A stretch of 64,000 bases of DNA from Phycisphaerae bacterium (GTDB lineage Bacteria; Planctomycetota; Phycisphaerae; SM23-33), in assembly GCA_009783465.1 (NCBI GenBank), contig WRDM01000010.1, positions 2,660 through 66,659 of the forward strand, given 5' to 3'. The notes under the pieces are model-generated. The model did no database searches. It saw only the letters and a program-made list of their open reading frames with translations, and had not been told where the DNA came from. The position numbers were made by a program, and so were the translations under genes. Below, in pieces: positions 1-9,372 of this stretch. Position 1 is the stretch's first letter, and every line of letters begins with the position of its first letter.

Positions 1-1
1 C

Positions 2-661
2 CTGCCTCTGGACGCGCCGTCGCTGCCGCCGGGGATCGAGCAGAACCTATCGAATCACAAGCAATACAGCAACACGATGCTCCAGCGTTCCCGGACGGGC
101 GAGTCGCCCGTGGACGTGGTGGTCGTGCAGGCCTACGCGACGCCGGCGCAGGCCCAGGCCATCGCCAAAGACCTCGACGAACTCCGCCGTGCACAGCCCA
201 CGCCCCAGCGTCCGATCGAGGAAACCCGCGACCGACACGACCACTACCTCGCGTGGGCGTCGATGAACTATCGGTTCCAGAATCAACTCCGGGCCGAGAA
301 TCTGTCGCGAAATCAGTCGCAATTCCAGGCCCAGGAAATGGACGAATCCAACGCCTTCGCCCGTCTCGGAATTCACGACGGCGATGCGCTGAACCAGGCC
401 GCGATGAACCCACTTGCGTTGAACAACACGCGACATTCGCAGGCCGACCAGCAGGCCTCGCGGGGAAAATTGTCCGACGACGACTCCGCCGCCCCGCCCA
501 CGCCGATCGAGGCGCCGAAATCGCAATCCGTGCCCGCGACGACGCAACCCGCCGACAACCAACTCCAACGCGTGCTCGTCACGGTCGAATACCGACCCCT
601 CCCCCGAGCCGCCGTCACCACACGCCCAGCAAACGAAGCCACCTCGCAGGAAACAAAGTGA
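2..661 (+). CDS. Hypothetical protein, 5'-truncated by the window edge
   Basis: Frame is open from nt 2 through the ORF-track ORF 77..661; low-complexity C-terminus with a PATTQP motif. Confidence 0.6.
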   Translation: MPLDAPSLPPGIEQNLSNHKQYSNTMLQRSRTGESPVDVVVVQAYATPAQAQAIAKDLDELRRAQPTPQRPIEETRDRHDHYLAWASMNYRFQNQLRAENLSRNQSQFQAQEMDESNAFARLGIHDGDALNQAAMNPLALNNTRHSQADQQASRGKLSDDDSAAPPTPIEAPKSQSVPATTQPADNQLQRVLVTVEYRPLPRAAVTTRPANEATSQETK

Positions 662-667
662 TGTCGA

Positions 668-898
668 TATGGCTCCGCCTGTTTGCGTTGTAGGACGATC
701 CTGTCGGCACATATACGTTTACATGACTTCGCGAAGACCGAGCGGGATTACACGGATTAACGGATTACAAGATTACCGTATGGAACGAATAATCCTTAAA
801 TCCTCTAATCCGCGTAATCCCGCTCGGTCTTCGCGAAATCGGAATGATGCACGTTTATCCGACAAGGTCGTCCTATAGCGCAAACTGGCAAGCCATAT
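668..898. repeat. Nested palindrome: family-D-like outer arms around an inner GGATTA-repeat hairpin (728-837)
   Basis: Outer GTTTGCGTTGTAGGACGATCCTGTCGG pairs with CCGACAAGGTCGTCCTATAGCGCAAAC; inner TTCGCGAAGACCGAGCGGGATTAC pairs with GTAATCCCGCTCGGTCTTCGCGAA. Confidence 0.85.
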
Positions 899-954
899 CA
901 CCATCTCCTCTTCGCCTTGCCTGAACTCCTCGGGGTGGGTATGCTTTGCGTGTC

Positions 955-1665
955 ATGACAACGCCCCAACATCTTGCCGGGAATTTGCTGCGGGTTCGCG
1001 AGAGCATCGCGGCCGCGTGTGGCCGTGCGCGGCGGGATCCGCGCGACGTGACGATGGTGGCGGTGACGAAAACCGCGTCCGTCGAAGCCATTCGTGCGCT
1101 GGTGGATCTTGGCGTGGACGATCTGGGCGAAAGTCGCGTCCAGCAGTTGCAGGAGCGTGCGGCGGAGTTGGCTGCCCTGCCAGGGCGTGCGGTGCGGTGG
1201 CACATGATCGGGCACTTGCAGCGGAATAAAATCAAGGCCGTCCTCGACGCGGGCGTGGAGAGCTTTCACAGCGTGGACTCGTTGCGTCTGGCGGAGGAGT
1301 TGAACGAGCGGGCCGAGCGGATGGGCAAGCGGCTGTCGCTGATGATCCAGGTGAACTGTTCGCGCGAGCCGCAGAAATTCGGCGTGGCGGTGGGGGCGGC
1401 GACGTTCCTTGCCGAAATGCTCGCGTCGCTCAAGCACGTTCGGCTGACGGGGCTGATGACGATGGGGCCGCTGTCGGACGATCCCGAGGCGTCGCGTCCG
1501 TCGTTCGCCCGGCTGCGGGAGTTGATGGACGACATGCACCGCGACGGCATCGGCGGGCCCGAACTTCGCCACCTGTCGATGGGCATGAGCCACGACCACG
1601 CCGTCGCCATCGAGGAAGGCGCGACCATCGTGCGGATCGGCTCGGCGCTGTTTGCAGGCTGTTAG
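955..1665 (+). CDS. yggS: PLP homeostasis protein, YggS family
   Basis: VAVTKT, GESRVQ, WHMIGHLQRNK, LSMGMSHD...AIEEGATIVRIGSALF motifs. Confidence 0.95.
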   Translation: MTTPQHLAGNLLRVRESIAAACGRARRDPRDVTMVAVTKTASVEAIRALVDLGVDDLGESRVQQLQERAAELAALPGRAVRWHMIGHLQRNKIKAVLDAGVESFHSVDSLRLAEELNERAERMGKRLSLMIQVNCSREPQKFGVAVGAATFLAEMLASLKHVRLTGLMTMGPLSDDPEASRPSFARLRELMDDMHRDGIGGPELRHLSMGMSHDHAVAIEEGATIVRIGSALFAGC

Positions 1666-1711
1666 ACGGTTAGCAGGACGAACGCATGTGCATTAATCGA
1701 TTTGTCGCGTG

Positions 1712-1854
1712 ACCTTCGCATTCCGGCGTAACTGGCCGCAGGCCCTGCCAGTTTGCGTTTCAAGTTGTTGTGACAAACAAAACGTTTGTCGCACACCACG
1801 TTCTACAACGCAAAATGGCAGGGCCTGCGGCCAGTCACGCCTGAATGCGAAGGT
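1712..1854. repeat. Family D ~140-bp palindromic element
   Basis: Arms GGCGTAACTGGCCGCAGGCCCTGCCAGTTTGCGTT / AACGCAAAATGGCAGGGCCTGCGGCCAGTCACGCC; related copies at 3670 and 31828. Confidence 0.9.
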
Positions 1855-1964
1855 TGTGAAAAAAAGGAATATACATGCAGATGTCTTGTCTAACAGCCTA
1901 ACAGTCTTTCGCCCCACGACCCTTCCGTACTACAATGATGTAAGCAGAACGTGAGGCGGCAATC

Positions 1965-2606
1965 GTGGCCGAGATCAGTGTGAAACACGCGGACGAAACA
2001 GCGCAGCCCGACGACAGCGAACTGCTGCGTCGTTACCTTGACGGCGACGCGGATTCGTTTGCCGCGCTGATGGAGCGGTATCGCAAGGAGTTGTACAATT
2101 TCCTGGTCCGTTTCACGGGCGACGCGGCCTTGGCGGAGGATGTCTTCCAGGAGGCGTTTTTGCAGTTGCACATTTCGGCGGGGGCGTTCGATTCCAGCCG
2201 GCGTCTCAAGCCGTGGCTGTTCACGATCGCCGCCAACAAGGCCCGCGACGCGATGCGAAGCCGCTGGCGCCGCCAGGCCGCCCCGCTGGACGCGACCGTC
2301 GGACGCGGCGAGGGCGACCGCATCAGCTACGCCGACCTTATGCCCGCACAAATTCCTTCGCCCGACGACGCCATGATGAACCTTGAGATACGGCAGGCCG
2401 TACAAAAAATAGTCGATAAGATGCCGGAGAATCTCCGCGTCGTTTTGCTGCTGAGTTACTTTCACGATTTTCCGTACAAGGAGATCGCGGACATATTGAA
2501 CGTGCCCCTGGGGACCGTAAAATCGCGCCTGCACGCGGCCGTGAGACATTTTGCCAAAGCGTGGAAGGCGACGGCGGAAGCGATAGGTGATGAACGCGAA
2601 ACATAA
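1965..2606 (+). CDS. ECF RNA polymerase sigma factor
   Basis: Region 2 (AEDVFQEAFL, KPWLFTIAANKARD) and region 4 (YKEIADILNVPLGTVKSRLH). Confidence 0.95.
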   Translation: MAEISVKHADETAQPDDSELLRRYLDGDADSFAALMERYRKELYNFLVRFTGDAALAEDVFQEAFLQLHISAGAFDSSRRLKPWLFTIAANKARDAMRSRWRRQAAPLDATVGRGEGDRISYADLMPAQIPSPDDAMMNLEIRQAVQKIVDKMPENLRVVLLLSYFHDFPYKEIADILNVPLGTVKSRLHAAVRHFAKAWKATAEAIGDERET

Positions 2607-3582
2607 CGACGAAACGTTGTTGATTGATTTTCATCTTCGCCGGCTCGACGAGCCGCACGCGCATGAGGTACGGCGTCGGGTGGAGGAGGACGCCGCGTTC
2701 GCGTCCGCGTCGCGGGACGTTGCCCATGCGCTGGGCGCGGTGAATCTGCTGCCCGAACGCGAACCGCCCGCCGACCTCGTCGCCCGCACGATGGCGCGAA
2801 TCGCCCAGGCCAAACAGGACGACGACGTGGTCGCCGACGAGGAGACCGCCAGGCCGCTGTACCGCCCGACGTTTTCGCTGCGCGAAGGGGTGTTCGTGGC
2901 GGCGTCGCTGCTGATTATCGTGAGCATTTTCGTGCCCTCCATGATGGAGGCCAAACACGCCGGTCGGGCCAGGCTCTGCCGCGCGAACATCGGGCAGATC
3001 GGCACGGGCATCCAGGAATTCGCCTCCGCCCACGACGGTTTGCTCCCCTCGGCCGGCGGAAACACGCGCTGGCTCCCAGGCCGCGAACAGGGCGGCGGGA
3101 ACTCCCGCGCGCTCTTCCTGCTGGTACAGGGCAAGTACGTGCCGCAGACGCGGTTCCTCTGCCCGGCCGCCGAGTCGGGCCAACCGTACCAGATCACCGC
3201 GGACATGGAGGATTTTCCCGGCCATCGCAACATCCACTACAGCTACCAGCACACCGTGGGGACCCAGCGTCTCAGCCGGGAGGACCCCAACCTAGTGAAC
3301 GTCGCCTCGGAAATGGTGATCCTCGCCGACGCGACGCCGTTTTATCGCAACCGGACGTTCCGGGCCGACGACCCCGACAGCGCCCTCAGCGACAATCACA
3401 ACCGCACGGGCCAAAACGTGCTCTACTTGGACACGCACGTCGGCTGGACCACCCGCCCGCAGGCGGGCGTCAAGGGCGACCACATCTATCTCGCCGAGGG
3501 GATCTACACCTATTCCGGCGACGAAACACCCACCAGCCCAACCGACACATTTCTCCTGCCGGCCCACTGCGGAGAGGAGTAG
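2590..3582 (+). CDS. Putative anti-sigma factor fused to a DUF1559-like domain
   Basis: Overlaps the sigma gene; ASD-like N-terminus ending EPPADLVARTMARI; one TM after TFSLRE; CRANIGQIG, FLCP and NH..GQNVLYLDTHV motifs. Confidence 0.75.
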   Translation: MNAKHNDETLLIDFHLRRLDEPHAHEVRRRVEEDAAFASASRDVAHALGAVNLLPEREPPADLVARTMARIAQAKQDDDVVADEETARPLYRPTFSLREGVFVAASLLIIVSIFVPSMMEAKHAGRARLCRANIGQIGTGIQEFASAHDGLLPSAGGNTRWLPGREQGGGNSRALFLLVQGKYVPQTRFLCPAAESGQPYQITADMEDFPGHRNIHYSYQHTVGTQRLSREDPNLVNVASEMVILADATPFYRNRTFRADDPDSALSDNHNRTGQNVLYLDTHVGWTTRPQAGVKGDHIYLAEGIYTYSGDETPTSPTDTFLLPAHCGEE

Positions 3583-3669
3583 GCGCGGCTGGCGGACTGA
3601 TCAGGCTTTCCGTTCTGGTGGCGCGGGCAGGGCAAACGCAGGTGTATTTTCCGATTCTTCGTGTGATCG

Positions 3670-3805
3670 TCCTGTTCAGGCGTATCTGGCCACAGGCCCT
3701 GCCAGTTTGCGTTGTCGATCGTTGTGATAAACGAAGCGTTCCGTCGCTCACCACGTCTTACAACGCAAACTGGCAGGGCCTGTGGCCAGATACGCCTGAA
3801 CAGGA
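3670..3805. repeat. Family D palindromic element
   Basis: TCCTGTTCAGGCGTATCTGGCCACAGGCCCTGCCAGTTTGCGTTGT mirrored by its complement at the right end. Confidence 0.9.
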
Positions 3806-4112
3806 ATTCCGTGCGAAAGAGGAATGAGCATGCGTTTATTCTGTTCACGCACGAGGACGGAAATTCCCGAGGCGAGCACGTCAAAATTTTCCGAAAACCT
3901 GAAATAGTCATTGAAACAGCCATTCCAAACGCTTATACACATGGCGTTATCGTTGTTTCAGAGCGAAGCGCGACAGCGCCGGCGGGCCAGCGGAGGCTGG
4001 GCCGGGGTGATGGTACTCGCGTGGCGTCAATCAGGCGAGAATGCTCGAAGTTCCCTGTCAGGGTGACGGGGGCGTCTGGGCATTCGGAATGGATCCATCG
4101 GAAAAGGGAATC

Positions 4113-4619
4113 ATGAGTAAAATTCTTATGCTGTCTGTGGTATCAATGGTTGTCTTTTCCGGGTGCGCGTCCATCATATGCGGCGCGAGGAAGGATGTCA
4201 GAATCACCAGTTCGCCCGAGGCGGCCAGTGTGGTGATTTATGACCGCAACGAGATGAAAGTATGGGAAGCCTCCACGCCCACCGTCGCCAGCTTGAAGCG
4301 TGGGAACGGCTTTTTCCGCGGCGCGTCGTACCGTGTTGAAATCTCGGCCGACGACTTCGAAACCCAGGCCATCCACATCAAGCCGGTGTTGAACGGCTGG
4401 TATTTCGGCAACCTTCTGCTCGGCGGGCTGATCGGCATGGTGATTGTCGACCCGATCTCCGGCGCCATGTGGACGCTAAGCCCGGATGAAACGAACATCG
4501 CCCTGACGGAAGATCTGTCCTTCGACCGCAACGGGGATGCGGACAGGATTCACGTGGTGCTGAGAAAACAGATTCCCGACGACGTGTTCAATACTCTGAA
4601 ACTGGTCAGGCTCAACTGA
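4113..4619 (+). CDS. Lipoprotein with PEGA-like domain and GG-rich membrane hairpin
   Basis: Lipobox FSGC-ASII; ITSSPEAASV; NGWYFGNLLLGGLIGMVIVDPISGAMW. Confidence 0.75.
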   Translation: MSKILMLSVVSMVVFSGCASIICGARKDVRITSSPEAASVVIYDRNEMKVWEASTPTVASLKRGNGFFRGASYRVEISADDFETQAIHIKPVLNGWYFGNLLLGGLIGMVIVDPISGAMWTLSPDETNIALTEDLSFDRNGDADRIHVVLRKQIPDDVFNTLKLVRLN

Positions 4620-4620
4620 C

Positions 4621-5103
4621 ATGCGAGGCCATACGAACCGACTGGGGCGGGCCGCGGTCGCGATGGGGATGTTGGCGGCGTTGCTGTTCCTGGCGACGGG
4701 GTGTGTCGCGACGGTTCCGCTCGAGTCGGCGGCAACGGATGCCGAAAGCAAGCGGTTTCAGGGTCCTTCGGGCGGCATGGCCGGCGTGTATATTTTCCGC
4801 GTGCATACCTATGCGGGGTGCGCGCTGAAAAAAACGGTGAGCGTCGATCATGGGATGCTGGGGGAAACGGCGCCCGGAACGTACTTCTACACGGAGGTGG
4901 AACCCGGGTCGCACCTCATCACGACGCAAGCCGAATTCGACGATGTCAGCATACGTTTTGAAGCCGAGGAGGGGGAGCTTTACTTCTTCGAACAGCACAT
5001 CGTCATGGGCGTAGTCGTCTGGAGCGCGGATATTCGCCCCGTCCACGCGGAGAGCGGCAAGACGGGAGTGCGGTCGTGCCGGCAGGCCAGAGCCTTGCGG
5101 TAG
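4621..5103 (+). CDS. DUF2846-family lipoprotein
   Basis: ATGC-VATVP lipobox; AGVYIFR; GETAPGTYFYTEVEPGSH. Confidence 0.75.
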   Translation: MRGHTNRLGRAAVAMGMLAALLFLATGCVATVPLESAATDAESKRFQGPSGGMAGVYIFRVHTYAGCALKKTVSVDHGMLGETAPGTYFYTEVEPGSHLITTQAEFDDVSIRFEAEEGELYFFEQHIVMGVVVWSADIRPVHAESGKTGVRSCRQARALR

Positions 5104-5224
5104 AACAACGCATCGGGGGCGCGCCTGAAGTCCACAGTTTTTTGTGAAAATTCAACCACACCCACATCCATACGCCTCGCATGAAAGGTTCGCGGCGGCT
5201 TCGCCTTTGCAGTACAATATCCCC

Positions 5225-6583
5225 GTGGATTTATTCAAGCAACTGGAGGTGTCGGCGGTGGCGGCGCATGCGCCGTTGGCGGTTCGCATGCGCCCGCGGA
5301 CGCTGGAGGAGTTTTGCGGGCAGGAGGCGTTTCTGGGCGAGGGGCGGATGTTGCGGCGGATGATTCAGGCGGGGCGGCTGACGAGCGTGGTGTTTTTCGG
5401 GCCTCCCGGAAGCGGCAAGACGACGCTGGCGAACGTGATCGCGAGGCATTTCGATTGTGAGTTTCATCAGGTCAACGCGGCCAGTGCGTCGGTGAAGGAG
5501 GTTCGCGAGATCATCGACGGCGCGCGGGCGTTGCTGGCGTCGAGCGGGCGGCGGACCGTGTTGTTTATCGACGAGTTGCACCGGTTCAATCGCGCCCAGC
5601 AGGACGTGCTGCTCAACGACGTGGAGATCGGCACGATCATTCTGATCGCGGCCACTACGGAGAATCCGTTTTTTTCCATCAATTCGCCGCTGCTGTCGCG
5701 GTCGACAGTGTTCGAGTTCACGGCGTTGTTGGAGGCGGATGTTGTCGCGTTGCTGCGTCGGGCGTTGTCGGATCACGAGCGAGGCCTGGGGCGGTTTGAT
5801 GTGCGGGCGACGGACGAGGCGTTGCTGCATTTGGCGACGGTGTGCGACGGCGACGCGCGGCGGGCGTTGACGGCGTTGGAGGTGGGCGTGCTCAGTCAGG
5901 CCGCCCGCGCGGCGGCGGGGGGCGAGGGCGTGGTGTTCGACTTGCCGATCGCGCAGGAGTCGATTCAGCAGAAGGCGTTGCAATACGATCAGGCGGGCGA
6001 GGGGCATTACGACACGATTTCGGCGTTCATCAAGTCGATGCGTGGCAGCGATCCCGACGCGACGGTGTATTGGCTGGCGAAGATGCTGGTGGCGGGCGAG
6101 GATCCGATGTTTATCGCCAGGCGGATTGCGATTTTGGCGAGCGAGGACATCGGCAATGCGGATCCGCGCGCGATCAGCGTCGCGGCGGCGGCGTATGAGA
6201 TCGTGCATCGCATCGGAATGCCCGAGGGCCAGTTGACGCTCGCGCAGGCGGCGATTTACATGGCCTGCGCCCCCAAGAGCAACCGCTCGGCGGCGGCGAT
6301 CTGGGAAGCGACCGCCGACGTGAAGAACAACCGCACAGCCGCCGTGCCCAAGCATTTACGCAACGCCCCGCACTCGGGGATGAAGTCGCTTGGCTACGGT
6401 GTGGGGTATCAGTACAGTCACGAATTCGCCGGCGGCGTAAGCCCGGACCAGGATTACCTCGGCGTGGATCGGCAGTATTATCAGCCGACCGACCGCGGCT
6501 ATGAGAAGCACATCAAGGAGTACCTGGATTGGGCGGCGAAAATGCGGGAGGATGGGAAGCAGGGTGGGGCCAAGCCCGAATGA
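5225..6583 (+). CDS. rarA: Replication-associated recombination protein A (AAA+)
   Basis: PLAVRMRP, GPPGSGKTT, FIDELHRFNRAQQD, SAFIKSMRGSDPDA. Confidence 0.95.
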   Translation: MDLFKQLEVSAVAAHAPLAVRMRPRTLEEFCGQEAFLGEGRMLRRMIQAGRLTSVVFFGPPGSGKTTLANVIARHFDCEFHQVNAASASVKEVREIIDGARALLASSGRRTVLFIDELHRFNRAQQDVLLNDVEIGTIILIAATTENPFFSINSPLLSRSTVFEFTALLEADVVALLRRALSDHERGLGRFDVRATDEALLHLATVCDGDARRALTALEVGVLSQAARAAAGGEGVVFDLPIAQESIQQKALQYDQAGEGHYDTISAFIKSMRGSDPDATVYWLAKMLVAGEDPMFIARRIAILASEDIGNADPRAISVAAAAYEIVHRIGMPEGQLTLAQAAIYMACAPKSNRSAAAIWEATADVKNNRTAAVPKHLRNAPHSGMKSLGYGVGYQYSHEFAGGVSPDQDYLGVDRQYYQPTDRGYEKHIKEYLDWAAKMREDGKQGGAKPE

Positions 6584-6710
6584 CGAAGCCCGAATTCCGA
6601 AACAATGACGAAGTCCGAATGATCGAATGATGTGGCCATGCCACGCGATGAGTCGGAACACAAACCATTCGTCATTGATTCGTCATTCGGGTTTCGTCAT
6701 TCGGGCTTCG
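6572..6710. repeat. Family F (GAATGAC-repeat) palindrome that supplies the rarA stop
   Basis: AAGCCCGAATGACGAA... pairs with ...TTCGTCATTCGGGCTT; related right arm at about 36377-36413. Confidence 0.85.
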
Positions 6711-6715
6711 AACAA

Positions 6716-8389
6716 TCACCGCAACGCCAAACATCGCCGGATACGGGCGAGTGTTTTTTCTTTTCCTAAAATCGCCAGTGTGTCCGCGATGGGGGGGCTG
6801 ACGGTGGTGCCGGTGACGGCGACGCGGAGGGGTTGGGCGACTTTGCCCATGCCCAGCGCGTTGGTGGCGGCGAAGGTTTCCACGGCGTCGTGCAGCGGCT
6901 GAATTTGCCAGGCCTCCTGCGGCAGCGAGGCCAGGAGCGTTTCCAGTTGCGTGAGGACGTCGAAGCCGGCATTGTTGCCTTTTCGGAGGTTTTTTTCCAC
7001 GGCGGCGGCATCGAAATCGTACGCGTCGTCGGCCTCGAAGAGCACGTTGCACTTGGCGGGCAGGTCGGCCAGGGTGCGGAGCGTTGGCGTTGCCCGCAGC
7101 AGCGTGCGGAGCAGATCGTCGTTGCCGGCGGGGATCGTTGATGCGGGGTTTAAGCGTAGAAAGTCCTTCAACGCGGCCAGACGGCGAGGCTCATCGGCGG
7201 CGGCGAGATCATCGGTGTTGAAGGCGAGCAGTTTGGCCCGGTCAAATCGGGCGTTGGTTTTGCTGACCCGCTCGGACGAGAACATCTCGGTCAGTTCGGC
7301 CAGTGTGAATTTTTCGCGATCCTGGCCGGGATTCCAGCCCAGCAGGGCGACGAAATTAATGACGGCTTCGGGTAGGTAGCCGCTTCGGCGGAAATCGGCG
7401 ACGTCGATTTCGGGCAGGTGGACGTTCAGCGAGGCGGCGAGGTGTTCGAGTTTGGCCAACGGGATGGCGGCGTCGGCGCCGTCGAGCCAGGCGGTCGTTG
7501 TGGCCTCCTCCGCGCCCGCCCGCGAGGCCAGGCCGGCCCGCGTCAGGCCGCCTTTGGCCAGCGCGTCTTTGGCGGCGGCCCGCGTGAGACGGTGTTTGTC
7601 CCGCTTGGACATTTTGCTGTTGTCGGGATTCAAAATCAGCGGCAGATGGCAGTAGCCTTTGGGTTCGGCGAAGCCCCACGCCCGCCGCAGCAGAACGTGC
7701 CGCCACGTTTGCCCCAGGAATTCCTGCCCGCGGACGATGTAGTTGACGCCCATCAGCGCGTCGTCGATGACGTTGGCGGGGTGGTACGTCGGGAAGCCGT
7801 CGGCTTTGAGGAGGACGAAGTCGTCCATCTCGGCTGCCGGCATGGTGACGTCGCCGAACGCGTCGTCATGGATGGTGACGTCCTGCGCGGGGCAGGCGAA
7901 CCGCACGACGACGGGTCGGCCAGCGGCGCGGGCGGCATCGGCGTCGGCGTGCGTGGGGAACGTCGCCGGGCGCGGATAGCGGAAAGGCACCTTGGCGGCC
8001 TCCGCGGCGGCGCGAAGGACCTTCTCCTCCGCCTCCGTCTCGAAGCAATAATACGCTAGTCCCGCATCGACGAGCCGGCGGATGTGCTCAGCGTAAATCG
8101 CCAGCCGCTCGCTCTGCCGGTACGGCCCGTTGGGGCCTCGGCCGATCGGCAGGCCGTCGGGGCCGATATCCACGCCCTCGTTCCAATCCAGCCCCAGCCA
8201 GCGGAGGTCCTCGATGATCCGCGGAATGGCTTCCTCGATGTGCCGTTCGCGGTCGGTGTCCTCGATGCGAAGCACAAACTCCCCGCCGCTTTGACGGGCG
8301 AGGCAGTACGAAAATATCGCGGTCCGGGCCTGCCCGATATGCAGCAGACCCGTCGGCGACGGGGCGAAACGCGTTTTGAGTTTGTCCAT
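6716..8389 (-). CDS. gltX: Glutamate-tRNA ligase with an insertion after the KMSK motif
   Basis: TRFAPSPTG, HIGQ, LRIEDTD, KMSKR, PLRVAVTG. Confidence 0.95.
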   Translation of the reverse strand: MDKLKTRFAPSPTGLLHIGQARTAIFSYCLARQSGGEFVLRIEDTDRERHIEEAIPRIIEDLRWLGLDWNEGVDIGPDGLPIGRGPNGPYRQSERLAIYAEHIRRLVDAGLAYYCFETEAEEKVLRAAAEAAKVPFRYPRPATFPTHADADAARAAGRPVVVRFACPAQDVTIHDDAFGDVTMPAAEMDDFVLLKADGFPTYHPANVIDDALMGVNYIVRGQEFLGQTWRHVLLRRAWGFAEPKGYCHLPLILNPDNSKMSKRDKHRLTRAAAKDALAKGGLTRAGLASRAGAEEATTTAWLDGADAAIPLAKLEHLAASLNVHLPEIDVADFRRSGYLPEAVINFVALLGWNPGQDREKFTLAELTEMFSSERVSKTNARFDRAKLLAFNTDDLAAADEPRRLAALKDFLRLNPASTIPAGNDDLLRTLLRATPTLRTLADLPAKCNVLFEADDAYDFDAAAVEKNLRKGNNAGFDVLTQLETLLASLPQEAWQIQPLHDAVETFAATNALGMGKVAQPLRVAVTGTTVSPPIADTLAILGKEKTLARIRRCLALR

Positions 8390-8479
8390 GGCCGACACTA
8401 TAGCACAAGGAACGACGAGTGACGAGTGATGAGTGGCGAGGACTTCGAGATTGGCTGCATGTCACGATTTGTAGACGCA

Positions 8480-8537
8480 CATCATCGCATAGCCCAACCT
8501 AGCCACAGGCCCTGCCAGGTTGGGCTATGCGATGATG
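8480..8537. repeat. Short hairpin carrying the family-D core CCACAGGCCCTGCC in its loop
   Basis: CATCATCGCATAGCCCAACCT / AGGTTGGGCTATGCGATGATG perfect arms. Confidence 0.8.
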
Positions 8538-8587
8538 CTGCCTGTTCGCGTGACATACGTCCATTGTCTCTCATTACTTTTTTCTCC

Positions 8588-8603
8588 TGGCACGCCGTGT
8601 GCA
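8588..8603 (+). promoter_or_regulatory. Sigma54 (-24/-12) promoter of the flagellar export operon
   Basis: TGGCACGCCGTGTGCA = GG-N10-GC, about 25 nt upstream of the fliO ATG. Confidence 0.7.
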
Positions 8604-8628
8604 TGGCATCGCACAAATGCGCGCTGTG

Positions 8629-9372
8629 ATGAACAAAATTTTGACGTTACCGCAGGTCAAACGCACGTTGTGGCTGATGGGGGCGTTGTTGGCCTGCGTC
8701 ATCTGTTTGACGATCGCCTCGCCGGGGCGGGGACAATCGCCACCGACCGGACTGCCTCCGACGCCTCCGGCCGAACGTGGCGAGGGCGTCTCGCCCTCGC
8801 GGGATGTTCCGCCCGCGCCGGGGGACGAAGAGGGGTCGGCGCCTTCCGATGACCCTGCCCATGGGACGCACAACGCGGGCGAGACGCCCGCGTCACGTGA
8901 GGGGGGCACCCCGCCTGCCTCGCCACTGCCCACACGTGGCGAAGGCGGGCTGCCGACGAAGCCGAATCCGTCCACGCCGTTTGGGTGGGAGTTGTTGACG
9001 TCGGTGCTGGTTGTGCTGGTGCTGGGCGGCGTTGCGTTTGTGGTGATTAAGCGGGTTCTGCCGCGGTGGAAACTGGGTTCGCTGGTTGGCGGGGGGCGGC
9101 AGGTCCGGCTGCGGGAGTCGGTCAGCCTGGGGTTGCGGCAGCAGGTGCACTTGTTGGAGGTTGGTGGCCGGCGGCTGTTGGTTTCTTCCACGCGGGAAAA
9201 TATTCGCCTGCTGGCGGACGTCACGGATGCGTTTGACGAAGGCCAGGGCGTCGGCGCGGAAGCGGGCGCGGTGTCAGGCCCGGCGGCGGGGGCTGTGTCG
9301 GATCCAGGCCAACAGCGGGGCCAGGGCGGTTTTGCGGGACTTTTCGAGAAAAAACTGGGAGGCGATGCGTGA
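8629..9372 (+). CDS. fliO: Flagellar biogenesis protein FliO-like, with long Pro-rich linker
   Basis: TM followed by VRLRESVSLGLRQQVHLLEVGGRRLLV; directly upstream of fliP. Confidence 0.8.
   Translation: MNKILTLPQVKRTLWLMGALLACVICLTIASPGRGQSPPTGLPPTPPAERGEGVSPSRDVPPAPGDEEGSAPSDDPAHGTHNAGETPASREGGTPPASPLPTRGEGGLPTKPNPSTPFGWELLTSVLVVLVLGGVAFVVIKRVLPRWKLGSLVGGGRQVRLRESVSLGLRQQVHLLEVGGRRLLVSSTRENIRLLADVTDAFDEGQGVGAEAGAVSGPAAGAVSDPGQQRGQGGFAGLFEKKLGGDA

Noticed and set aside
1712-3805. Integron attC sites (family D palindromes)
   Set aside because: No RYYYAAC/GTTRRRY ends recognised, no integrase, and they flank ordinary genes
3940-4110. Riboswitch in the leader of the lipoprotein pair
   Set aside because: Hairpins are present but no recognisable aptamer consensus
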